From positions 1-27,480 of the IMG/VR virus record IMGVR_UViG_3300036778_000003: DNA of 27,480 nucleotides. One strand, given 5' to 3'. The position numbers and the translations under genes are program-made. The notes beneath the pieces were generated by a model. It was not told the DNA's origin. It did not search any database and saw nothing but the letters and a program-made list of their open reading frames with translations. This DNA comes from a virus (taxonomy: Duplodnaviria > Caudoviricetes). Shown here piece by piece: positions 1 through 8,192 of this stretch. Every line of letters starts with the position of its first letter. Positions within the stretch are counted from its first letter, which is position 1.

Positions 1-13
1 GACCGCTATGTGC

Positions 14-50
14 TTAACCTGCCTGCCAAAAAACGCTATACTCGTGCCGC
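14..50 (+). promoter_or_regulatory. Putative sigma70 promoter of the tRNA gene
   Basis: TTAACC (14-19), 17-bp spacer, TATACT (37-42), then a GC-rich discriminator CGTGCCGC just before the tRNA. Confidence 0.65.
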
Positions 51-53
51 TTC

Positions 54-125
54 GTCCCCTTAGTTAAATGGATATAACGAGCCCCTCCTAAGGGCTAGTT
101 GCAGGTTCGATTCCTGCAGGGGACA
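54..125 (+). tRNA. argW: tRNA-Arg(CCT); CCA end not encoded
   Basis: Acceptor stem GTCCCCT(54-60)/AGGGGAC(118-124), anticodon CCT at 87-89, T-loop GGTTCGATTCC. Near-identical to E. coli argW as recalled. Followed by CTT rather than CCA. Confidence 0.96.
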
Positions 126-126
126 C
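114..126. other. Probable attL core at the tRNA 3' end
   Basis: CTGCAGGGGACAC corresponds to the core used by IntS-family integrases at argW. The matching attR is not in the window, so exact limits are unknown. Confidence 0.65.
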
Positions 127-134
127 TTATCAGC

Positions 135-214
135 AGTTCGCCCACCTCCGCAATAGTTCGCAAAATCCCTTACACAGCAAGCAATCAATAAAATGTCAGT
201 TCGCCATAGTTCGC
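135..214. repeat. AGTTCGC direct repeats, putative recombination-directionality-factor (TorI/Xis-like) sites, around an IHF-like site
   Basis: AGTTCGC at 135, 155, 198 and 208, plus a degenerate copy at 145 (10-bp phasing). AATCAATAAAATG (183-195) resembles the IHF consensus. Confidence 0.7.
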
Positions 215-223
215 AATGGAACG

Positions 224-288
224 TTGACAGCCGCACTCTTTAGCGGGTAAAAAACGAGTAAATAATTTTACCCACCGGAATTTTACCC
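224..288 (+). promoter_or_regulatory. Integrase promoter overlapped by putative arm-type Int sites
   Basis: TTGACA (224-229), 18 bp, TAAAAA (248-253). GGGTAAAA (245) and GAGTAAAT (256), with inverted TTTTACCC copies at 266 and 281. Confidence 0.7.
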
Positions 289-1446
289 ATGCTGACCATC
301 AAGCAGATCGACGCGGCAAAGCCGAAAGACAAACCGTACCGCCTGCTCGATAGTAACGGCCTGTACCTTTATGTTCCGGTATCGGGAAAGAAGGTGTGGC
401 AGCTTCGCTATAAGATTGATGGCAAGGAAAGGGTGTTAACGGTCGGTAAGTATCCCTTTGTGTCTTTGCAGGAAGCGAGAGATAAGGCTTGGCTAGCCAG
501 GAAGGATGTGTCGACAGGAGTTGACCCAGTTAAAGCGAAGAAGCTCTCAACCAAAGACAATTCTTTTGGTGTTATTTATCAGGAATGGTATGAGCATAAA
601 AAACAGGTGTGGTCGGAAGGTTACGCTAACGAACTATCTCGCATGTTTCAGGATGACATTCTGCCGATGATTGGCTGGATGGAAATTAATGAGATAGAAC
701 CGATGCAGATACTGGAGGTGATCCGCCTGTTCGAAGAACGCGGGGCAATGGAGAGGGCCAATAAGGCAAGGAGGCGCTGCGGGGAAATATTCAGGTATGC
801 AATCGTCACAGGTCGAGCTAAATACAACCCGGCCCCTGACCTTGCCGATGCAATGAAGGGATATCGAAAGAAGAACTACCCTTTCCTTTCTGCCGATCAA
901 ATACCAGCCTTCAACAAGGCTCTCTCTGGCTTCTCCGGAAGTATCGTTTCGAAGATTGCGACAGAAATTTTGCAGTACACCGCACTACGAACGAAAGAGC
1001 TTAGGTCCATGCAATGGACGAACGTCGATTTCGAAACCAGGACAATCACTATTGCCGCCGAAGTTATGAAAGGTCGGCGTATACACCTTGTTCCAATGTC
1101 AAACCAGGTTGTGGCTCTGCTTGAATCTATCAGGCCAGTTACCGAGCCAATTTCCGATTTCGTTTTCCCTGGACGTAACGACAAGAAAAAGCCGATCAGC
1201 GAGAACGCCGTGTTACTGGTTATTCGCCAGATAGGATACGAAGGACTTGCAAGCGGACACGGCTTTCGGCACCAGTTCAGCACCATCATGAATGAACATG
1301 AGTGGCCTGCCGATGCCATCGAGAAGCAACTGGCGCACGCCAACAGCGGCTCCATCCGTGGAATCTACAACCATGCTCAGTATCAGGATAAACGGCGCGA
1401 AATGATGCAGTGGTGGGCTGATTATATCGACGGTAACACGAAATAG
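289..1446 (+). CDS. intS: Tyrosine integrase, IntS (KplE1/CPS-53, Sf6, HK620 type)
   Basis: 385 aa. N-terminal arm-binding domain (MLTIKQIDAAKPKDKPYRLLDSNGLYL) and catalytic motifs LRTKE, HGFR, QLAH, IYN. Closely resembles E. coli IntS. Confidence 0.95.
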   Translation: MLTIKQIDAAKPKDKPYRLLDSNGLYLYVPVSGKKVWQLRYKIDGKERVLTVGKYPFVSLQEARDKAWLARKDVSTGVDPVKAKKLSTKDNSFGVIYQEWYEHKKQVWSEGYANELSRMFQDDILPMIGWMEINEIEPMQILEVIRLFEERGAMERANKARRRCGEIFRYAIVTGRAKYNPAPDLADAMKGYRKKNYPFLSADQIPAFNKALSGFSGSIVSKIATEILQYTALRTKELRSMQWTNVDFETRTITIAAEVMKGRRIHLVPMSNQVVALLESIRPVTEPISDFVFPGRNDKKKPISENAVLLVIRQIGYEGLASGHGFRHQFSTIMNEHEWPADAIEKQLAHANSGSIRGIYNHAQYQDKRREMMQWWADYIDGNTK

Positions 1447-1509
1447 TCACATCACCGGGCAGTCATCAAACTCACCGCTCGCGTTCCGAACATCATTAAG
1501 GAGATTTTA

Positions 1510-1701
1510 ATGAATACACTATTCGCTCTGGCTTTAATTATGGGAGGCGATGGAAGTACGCAAATGAAGAGCGTAATCGGAGTTTTTCCATCGCTGCAAA
1601 AATGTGAACAAGCGGCACGCAGCCAAAGCTCGAAGGCTGCGTGCTTCTTATTGAAGAATGGAGATCTCATTCCTACGACTGAGGTACTTCCGGCCAGGTA
1701 A
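1510..1701 (+). CDS. Small YebW/DUF1482-like protein
   Basis: Strong SD (AAGGAG) upstream. The pattern LFALAL...VIGVF.S...C..AA..Q.....CF resembles DUF1482. Confidence 0.6.
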   Translation: MNTLFALALIMGGDGSTQMKSVIGVFPSLQKCEQAARSQSSKAACFLLKNGDLIPTTEVLPAR

Positions 1702-2272
1702 TATCTGGAGCTTTCGACGTATCGATCGCTTTCACCGCTTTAATGTATTGCATCCAGGCGATCAAGCTTGCTTTGTCCTCATCGCTGATAATGCCCAGCT
1801 GCAGCTCAGTCTGCCAGAAGCTGATTGTTTCCTGGGCTTCTGACAGCAATACAGCCTTCTGCTGGTTAGCAGCTTCTACTTCAGCAGCGTGCTGAGCATC
1901 TGTATCTGCCACCCACTCGCTACCGTTCCACGTGTCATAAGGCGTAGCAGGTGCAAGCGTGGTGGTACCGTTCGGATAATCCCCAGGTATAGAAACTACC
2001 ACTGCCTCACCTGTTTCAGTGTTATATACCGTTTCCCCACGATGATCGGCAATATATTCCCATGCAGTAAAATCCTTCGTTCGGCAAATGACAAAATCAT
2101 CTTTGCTTTCACCAGGGGCATCAACACATGAATTGGCGGGAATGCTAATTCCTACGGGCAAAAACTCGACGGATGAATCCAGATATTCGAGGGTTTCGCC
2201 GCTATAGTTATAGACAATCATTTCACCGGCTTTTGTAGCAATTCCGTCTTTGTTCAGGGTAGCTTTCGACAT
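1673..2272 (-). CDS. tfa: Tail fibre assembly chaperone (Tfa/Caudo_TAP)
   Basis: Motifs G.SIPANS, WEYIADHRGETVY, WNGSEWV, and C-terminal DTSKAPDITWPEVP. Directly downstream of the fibre gene. Confidence 0.93.
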   Translation of the reverse strand: MSKATLNKDGIATKAGEMIVYNYSGETLEYLDSSVEFLPVGISIPANSCVDAPGESKDDFVICRTKDFTAWEYIADHRGETVYNTETGEAVVVSIPGDYPNGTTTLAPATPYDTWNGSEWVADTDAQHAAEVEAANQQKAVLLSEAQETISFWQTELQLGIISDEDKASLIAWMQYIKAVKAIDTSKAPDITWPEVPQS

Positions 2273-3201
2273 TATGCAGCTCTCACGATGTAATTAAATG
2301 CAGTGTTAACAGGTCGGTTTTCTGCTGCGGTACGGTTGTTTTTTGACGAATCGAGATACAGGTTTTTCTGGTTAAAGGTACTTACCGTACCAGCCGATAG
2401 GCCTGTCGATGTCAGTTGGGTTATCTGTAATGCGCCAGATGCCGTCGAGTTCACGCCCACTGTAATATCTGTAAACTGACCAATGACTGCTTGTTGGGCG
2501 TCACTCTGTTGGGTGAGAATTGCACGACCACTATCAACCCCCCGCCCATCATCCCAGCCACGGAGGAAGATACCGCGCAAATCAGGAAGCGCACCCGATG
2601 GATATGCCGCAGCAAGTTTCGGATAAGCCACTTTATCGAACGTTGCACCATTACATTTAAGCCACCCTGATGGAGCAGTTGTTGTCGGCCAGGGTAATGG
2701 TGTACCAAACGGCAACATGCTACCGTAATCTAATCCAAGGTTTGAGAGAGCAATACTCACATTGCCATCTGCCTTGATGTCGGCGAATGGGTTTGCGCGT
2801 GACAGGGCGTTGCTTAAGTCCGCCATCTCAACCCAATTACTACCAGGGGGTGGCGTAAGATTTGAATCTACAGTTGACCGATATACCTTTCCATCAGATC
2901 CGATTACTAATGCATTAGACGGGTAACCTCCGATAGATGTAGAAAAATCAGAATCAAAACCATTAATTGCCCCAGCACTCTGCCATCTGGCAAGAGAGGA
3001 TAACTCATAGAGGATCTGATTAATGTCCTGCCCTTTTGGAGGCAATCCACCCGCTGATTTTAATATCATTGTAATGGGTGGAAATCCAACATCATAGGAT
3101 GCAGTATTATCACCAGATGGAGTGGTTGCAAGAATTGGCTCTCTTTGACCATTTACCCCAAATGGAACTGCTTGTTTAACCGGTGCGTCTGAACGTTTCA
3201 T
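2272..3201 (-). CDS. Tail fibre protein with tail-collar domain
   Basis: Baseplate-anchor N-terminus (GFPPITM...GGLPPKGQD), collar motif (PWPTTTAPSGWLKCNG...PDLRG.F.RGWDDGRGVD), and C-terminus RPVNTAFNYIVRAA. Confidence 0.92.
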   Translation of the reverse strand: MKRSDAPVKQAVPFGVNGQREPILATTPSGDNTASYDVGFPPITMILKSAGGLPPKGQDINQILYELSSLARWQSAGAINGFDSDFSTSIGGYPSNALVIGSDGKVYRSTVDSNLTPPPGSNWVEMADLSNALSRANPFADIKADGNVSIALSNLGLDYGSMLPFGTPLPWPTTTAPSGWLKCNGATFDKVAYPKLAAAYPSGALPDLRGIFLRGWDDGRGVDSGRAILTQQSDAQQAVIGQFTDITVGVNSTASGALQITQLTSTGLSAGTVSTFNQKNLYLDSSKNNRTAAENRPVNTAFNYIVRAA

Positions 3202-3203
3202 AT

Positions 3204-3845
3204 TTAATCTCTGTAAAATGTTCCGTCATTAAACGGATAGGAATCAGATGAAAAACCGAAGTAAGGGGTTATAATTTGATGAATATTAACAAGCACACCG
3301 CTTGGAATTGGTGCAACAGCATAATTAGTTAATATAGCCTCTTCATATGGCGCAAGTTGGAATTCGAACGTCATTCCCATCGTCATATCTCGGTAGTTAA
3401 CGCAATATGCTCTTCCGCGATTATAAAAAAGTATTTTAAGGAATCTGTTAACATCGGGTATTGTTGCAATACTGATATTTGAGAATGCCTTGCAGAAGAT
3501 TAGCGTTCTGTAAGCATCATCTCCAAGCTTTACATTTGTTGTTTCCTGTAACCCCCCAAAGAACGGGGAGTCGTTAAATGGCGTAGGGTAATCAGGACTT
3601 GCATCATCAGCTTCACTAAAACCAAATGCCTGATTATCAATTGGCGCAATAATGTATCGACTCACCCCGACTATCTTACCCCACACATCCAGCCCGAAAG
3701 TTTCACACGTAGTTAAATCCCACACGCGTTCAATGAATTCATCTGTGAAGTCATCTATTTTTTCAGCCTGATAAAATGTGTTGATGATACTGAGTAATTT
3801 AGCGCTGGATGAGTACTGGGTCAGAATCGTATCTTCCCAACTCAT
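3204..3845 (-). CDS. Baseplate wedge protein (DUF2612)
   Basis: QYSSS.KL and GLDVWGKIVGVSR motifs; lies between baseplate J and the fibre gene. Confidence 0.85.
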   Translation of the reverse strand: MSWEDTILTQYSSSAKLLSIINTFYQAEKIDDFTDEFIERVWDLTTCETFGLDVWGKIVGVSRYIIAPIDNQAFGFSEADDASPDYPTPFNDSPFFGGLQETTNVKLGDDAYRTLIFCKAFSNISIATIPDVNRFLKILFYNRGRAYCVNYRDMTMGMTFEFQLAPYEEAILTNYAVAPIPSGVLVNIHQIITPYFGFSSDSYPFNDGTFYRD

Positions 3846-5071
3846 GTTAGCGTCACCGTGATGTCTGAAGCCTGAATAGTTGGAACCTCGTCAATCCCCA
3901 TCGTCACTGACGGAAGGAATGTCACGCCATCTATAGATACCTGTAGCGACAGTATCCCTACCGTGTCGGGAGATATTGAAATAACAGGCGCATAATATTT
4001 TCCTGAGTTGATCGTCGCGCCAATTCTCGATCTTCCTATTCCGTCATACTCCCCATTAAATACTGAAACGACCATATCCTTAACTTGTTGTGTAATATCA
4101 CTTGGGGGATTAAGGCTGCTATCAAGTGATACCGAGAAGTAAACCCTTGTCGGAGTAGCTTTAAGCCATTGCATAGAATATTCAGGGTACGGTGGCAAAT
4201 AGTTTGTATCGTCATAAACAATGAATGACGTATCACCATTCATATTAGCACCGGGGTTGTATGTTCTGAATATGGACTCAGCAACATCAGCATCAGCCCC
4301 GCCGTACACGCAGATAAATAATGAGTGTCCAAGGACTGGATAGCTTGTTGTTCCCTTGTTAACTGTTGCCGCCGTTCTGTTTGACCACACATAAGCATCG
4401 AGCACGCCAGCAGTCTCAAGCAATGCTGAAAGTGTGGAACCATCCATATTGCGACTGTTTCTGGCTACTGAATCCTTGCGCCTTGTTTCAAATGCGATCC
4501 GCGACTCGACATCGACACCAACCACGCCGGGGCTAACGTTTGTGACAGCATCCCATCCAGAAACAGCACGATAGATTTGATTAAGCTCCCCTGCTCCGCA
4601 AGGGATTGGCCCGGTCGTTGTATTCACGAACTGAACATCAATACTCCCGCTTGCGGGGATTGTGGCGTAGTCGATTGATTGATAGATGTAACCAAGCGCA
4701 TCTACAGCCGAGCTGCCCGCAGGTATTGTTGTTCCGACCTTCCCTATGCATGTCGCTGTTACCACCGTTCCCTGAGCGGATATGCGGTCCTGAAAATAAA
4801 TTCGCCCAATTCCGTCCTGAAACCTTCCCGTCGCATAGTCCGGGTTGACCTGATTAAACAGGCAGAGCAACTTGTCATAGTTCTGCGCGATGATTTCTGT
4901 GTCGGATTGCGCAATCTGCCCCTGTGGTGAGCTAAGCGACTGGCTGGAACCGCCGCCAAGCGCAGTCGTCATGTCAGTTAGTCGCCCTGACAGAATGTCC
5001 GACACATCAGGAACCAGTAGCCCGTTCTCAGTGATTGTTACGTCAGGAACGGCTGTGTTTAATGTCGTCAT
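3842..5071 (-). CDS. Baseplate J/gp47 family protein
   Basis: 409 aa; SPQGQIA, NPDYATG..QD.IG, G.D.ES...FE.RR motifs; synteny. Confidence 0.9.
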   Translation of the reverse strand: MTTLNTAVPDVTITENGLLVPDVSDILSGRLTDMTTALGGGSSQSLSSPQGQIAQSDTEIIAQNYDKLLCLFNQVNPDYATGRFQDGIGRIYFQDRISAQGTVVTATCIGKVGTTIPAGSSAVDALGYIYQSIDYATIPASGSIDVQFVNTTTGPIPCGAGELNQIYRAVSGWDAVTNVSPGVVGVDVESRIAFETRRKDSVARNSRNMDGSTLSALLETAGVLDAYVWSNRTAATVNKGTTSYPVLGHSLFICVYGGADADVAESIFRTYNPGANMNGDTSFIVYDDTNYLPPYPEYSMQWLKATPTRVYFSVSLDSSLNPPSDITQQVKDMVVSVFNGEYDGIGRSRIGATINSGKYYAPVISISPDTVGILSLQVSIDGVTFLPSVTMGIDEVPTIQASDITVTLT

Positions 5072-5427
5072 AGAGTCGCCTGTGATGTATTCCCGTTGAC
5101 GTCAGTGACGCGAATAGTTCCCCGCGTCGTCCTCGTGTTTTTATCGAAAAATACTGTTGCCAACGCCTGGTCAACGATGGGTAACTTTTTGGCTTCAGTC
5201 TGCATCTTCTGCGCGATGAATCCAGGTGATGGCTTCTTGCCAAGCACATCTGATTTCCAGGGAATCCCGAGAGTGTTGTCGTAATAGCACTCACCCGAGA
5301 AAACCAGACAGGCGCTGGCAACATCCTGAGCTACCGCGTAGGGTTCGTCAGCAATAGCAAGGTTGCCGCTGCCATCCAGCATCAAATCCCACGTCCCGGT
5401 ATCTAACTGCATCGTTTTATACGTCAT
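5068..5427 (-). CDS. Baseplate wedge/sheath initiator (gpW/gp25/Mu gp46-like)
   Basis: WDL.LD.SGNLA...AVAQDV...F.GEC.YD...GIP motif; between spike and baseplate J. Confidence 0.75.
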   Translation of the reverse strand: MTYKTMQLDTGTWDLMLDGSGNLAIADEPYAVAQDVASACLVFSGECYYDNTLGIPWKSDVLGKKPSPGFIAQKMQTEAKKLPIVDQALATVFFDKNTRTTRGTIRVTDVNGNTSQATL

Positions 5428-6134
5428 GCCGGGCTGTCCGTTGTGTTGGATGTAATAGTGGATGAACCACCCTGAACTTTTTCAACCGGGTGTTTATGCG
5501 CATCGTATTTATCACGAAGTACTTTAAGTGATGCCCCTTGTGAGCCGTTATTGTCAGTAATATCTCCGCCAGCAGTAATATTCCCCGTTACGTGCATTTC
5601 AGGTGTTGTCACCGTTACCCCATCAGGCGCGGTGATATTGGCTGACGAGCAGTTAACGTTGACCGGGTTGGGTGTGACGATGTTTATCGCGCCATCGGCA
5701 AACTCGATGTACTGCGTTGGCTGCGCATTCAGGAAGCCGCCGAGGTAAAGGGCATCGGATTTGCTGTGCGTCCGTTTGCTGCCAGGAACGGACTCTTTCA
5801 GGTTGGCTCTGGCGATCGATGTATCGCGATCACACACAGCAATCATTCCGATATCACCGATAACTGGATTCATGATGATTGCGCTATTGCCACGCTGTAG
5901 CCGGAATACTGGCAGGTCATATAGCGTGGAGTTTCGAATCATCGCGCCGGATCGGTCTTTTCTTGATACCAATGGGAGAACGTCGACGACAAGATTCGGG
6001 GCTTCCCCCCTGACATCAACCACTTTCGCAATTTCAATAAAGTAATAGCCAGATAGCAACATCTCAAATGCATATGCCATTGATTCGGCATCGTTCATCT
6101 GAGCGCTGGTAGGCGTAAATTGATTATCAGCCAT
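5424..6134 (-). CDS. Baseplate central spike (gp138/gpV-like)
   Basis: Start reassigned to MADNQF (ATG 6134, SD AGAGGA). OB-fold-like N-terminus (P.IGDIG....DRD), beta-helix repeats and an HxH apex motif (HKH). Confidence 0.85.
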   Translation of the reverse strand: MADNQFTPTSAQMNDAESMAYAFEMLLSGYYFIEIAKVVDVRGEAPNLVVDVLPLVSRKDRSGAMIRNSTLYDLPVFRLQRGNSAIIMNPVIGDIGMIAVCDRDTSIARANLKESVPGSKRTHSKSDALYLGGFLNAQPTQYIEFADGAINIVTPNPVNVNCSSANITAPDGVTVTTPEMHVTGNITAGGDITDNNGSQGASLKVLRDKYDAHKHPVEKVQGGSSTITSNTTDSPA

Positions 6135-7008
6135 TAGTTTTCTGATCCTCTGCTCTTTGTGTTTCTTCGCGGGCGGCGGTGCATATTGAATGCCATGAGC
6201 CATCCTGAACCCATGACGAAAGCTCATGCCTGACATTGGATAATTTGTACCTTCCGCTAGCCCATGGTATTTCGGTTTTAATATCTACAAATCGTCCAAT
6301 TGACAGCAATGATGAATACTGCGTCTGAAACATCAGTCCGCCACCAGAAAACACCGGGTAACCAATCAGGCCGTAGTCTTTAGAGATAAATGGAATCTGA
6401 TCGTCGCGGGTTTTATCTTCTGGCCAAAATTCTGCTTTCTTTGGTGGAGTTACTGACATGGCAATACCATAAGCAGCGCATACCTGGTTTAACTGGTCAA
6501 AGACGCTTCCCTCAAAATGAGGACTCCCAGACGTTGTCATACCATCAATACCTTTAAAGGCAGCCTCATACCCGGCAGCGGTACAGATAGAGGTAATAAC
6601 ATCAGTAATGCTTTGCGAACCTTTGGCGGTGAATGGGCTCACCGCCATATTTTGAAGCTCTGCATTTGCGACAGCATGGATCATCAGGGCGCTTTCTGGT
6701 GCCTGATTCATGTTGGCAATCGATGAGGTCATCCCGCCATAAAAAACCAGAATGTCATCAGCATAAATTCCAACATCAATCTTCTGTGCATCTCCCATAT
6801 TTCCGTTCGCACGAGCGGAGAGTTCCGCTATACGTTCCATGCTTAGGCCATATAGGGATATGTCAGCACTGGAACCTGTTCTGCCTATAACATCATTTAG
6901 CGAAACGGTGGACCTAATGTTGTTGATTGAGATTTTGTTATTGCCGGATTTATCGAAAGAGGATGTTTTGTTGAAGAAATCGAACCTGAGAAAATGCTGC
7001 TTATACAA
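6127..7008 (-). CDS. Baseplate hub protein
   Basis: 293 aa; A.I..YGLS and GLIGYP motifs; immediately upstream of the spike gene. Confidence 0.75.
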   Translation of the reverse strand: MYKQHFLRFDFFNKTSSFDKSGNNKISINNIRSTVSLNDVIGRTGSSADISLYGLSMERIAELSARANGNMGDAQKIDVGIYADDILVFYGGMTSSIANMNQAPESALMIHAVANAELQNMAVSPFTAKGSQSITDVITSICTAAGYEAAFKGIDGMTTSGSPHFEGSVFDQLNQVCAAYGIAMSVTPPKKAEFWPEDKTRDDQIPFISKDYGLIGYPVFSGGGLMFQTQYSSLLSIGRFVDIKTEIPWASGRYKLSNVRHELSSWVQDGSWHSICTAAREETQRAEDQKTNG

Positions 7009-7303
7009 GCTCTGTCTCCTCTATGTAATACAACAGAAACCGTCCATTGAGCCCGTCGTAAAACGGGTCGCTTTGACCATCGTTATCCAAAAAAACCAGG
7101 TCACCCCTGAATCCGAGATATGAATATCCGACCATCTTGTTTCCGAAAAGGCATGGAACTCCTTGCATTATTGGATTCCCATTCACGGTTAGATCCATAT
7201 ACAGAAAGCTCTCTCGCTGGATTAATCGGATAACGCATTGCTGCCCGGCAAGCGCAACAGAGATAGACTGAGATTTTTGGGCCGTGAGTGATATTGTCTG
7301 CAT
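7001..7303 (-). CDS. Small baseplate (plug-like) protein
   Basis: 100 aa; Q...V.L.GQ.C.I.L and YLGF.GDLVF.D motifs; coupled to neighbouring genes. Confidence 0.65.
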   Translation of the reverse strand: MQTISLTAQKSQSISVALAGQQCVIRLIQRESFLYMDLTVNGNPIMQGVPCLFGNKMVGYSYLGFRGDLVFLDNDGQSDPFYDGLNGRFLLYYIEETELV

Positions 7304-7305
7304 CG

Positions 7306-8136
7306 TTATTTTCCCGATGGCCCGGTGATATTCTTGGCTATATTTCCTGCCAGTTCGACTGCCTTCTGCGTGGTGCTGCTGGTAACATCGATAACCGGCT
7401 TAGACACAGTGTCCATTGCACTCTGAAATCCGGTGGTGATGGTGTTTGATACTTTTCCCGCAATGCTTCCAACAGATGACTTTAGTGATGACCAGGACTT
7501 CCCTAACTGGTCTACCGTTGCATCTGTTGCCCCGCCATCATTCGTCGGAGATCCCATACCAGTAACGCCCTGGCTCAGCTGGTCATTGGTTGGCTTGCTA
7601 TCGGATTGAGAACCTGAAAGCACAACCTCCATCTGCTGCATCACCTCCTGGAAGTAGAGAGAAACAGTCAACATGCTGACGCCGCGCTGTGAGTTAACCT
7701 CATAGCTATGCTCAACCAAGTCGTAGCTTTGCAGTGTCTCCTTTGGCGTTTCGATGTCATACAGCCCGGTAGTTTTTAACATTGTTTGGATGGCTCGCAA
7801 TGCCTCAGACTGGCTGGTAAGCGTCAGGTCGAAGATATTGGGGATATTTCCGTTAAATCCCGTAAGCCCATTGATAATGACTTCGCACCGAACAATATTC
7901 GGTTCCTTCACTTTATTGATGGACTGGTACTGCCCATTCTCAATTGGGGCATTGGTTATCTGAGCGCGGCCGCCAGGTTGAATGGACGCCATACCACTGA
8001 ACTCAAGGGCGACAAATCCTGTTCCGTTGTAGCGGATCACATACGATGGCCCTAGCACGCTGTCGATGATGGATAACGGCGAACCACCACCGATAGCGTT
8101 GAATATGTCTGCTGTGTTTAGGTCGATAATGCTCAT
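7306..8136 (-). CDS. Tail tube initiator/Dit-like baseplate protein
   Basis: APIENG.Y.S.NKV..P motif; first structural gene downstream of the tape measure once the insert is ignored. Confidence 0.7.
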   Translation of the reverse strand: MSIIDLNTADIFNAIGGGSPLSIIDSVLGPSYVIRYNGTGFVALEFSGMASIQPGGRAQITNAPIENGQYQSINKVKEPNIVRCEVIINGLTGFNGNIPNIFDLTLTSQSEALRAIQTMLKTTGLYDIETPKETLQSYDLVEHSYEVNSQRGVSMLTVSLYFQEVMQQMEVVLSGSQSDSKPTNDQLSQGVTGMGSPTNDGGATDATVDQLGKSWSSLKSSVGSIAGKVSNTITTGFQSAMDTVSKPVIDVTSSTTQKAVELAGNIAKNITGPSGK

Positions 8137-8149
8137 GAATTTTGCCCAT

Positions 8150-8172
8150 AAAAAAACCCGCCGAAGCGGGTT
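8150..8172 (-). terminator. Rho-independent terminator after ant
   Basis: Minus strand reads AACCCGC-TTCG-GCGGGTT followed by a T run. Confidence 0.88.
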
Positions 8173-8192
8173 GTGATGTAGTGAGAATTGCC

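Noticed and set aside
135-214. AGTTCGC repeats as a mini CRISPR array
   Set aside because: Repeats are 7 bp with 10-43 bp periods, there are no cas genes, and attL protein-binding sites explain them.
1673-3201. Diversity-generating retroelement or active invertible fibre cassette
   Set aside because: No reverse transcriptase, template repeat, invertase or second fibre tip is visible in the window.
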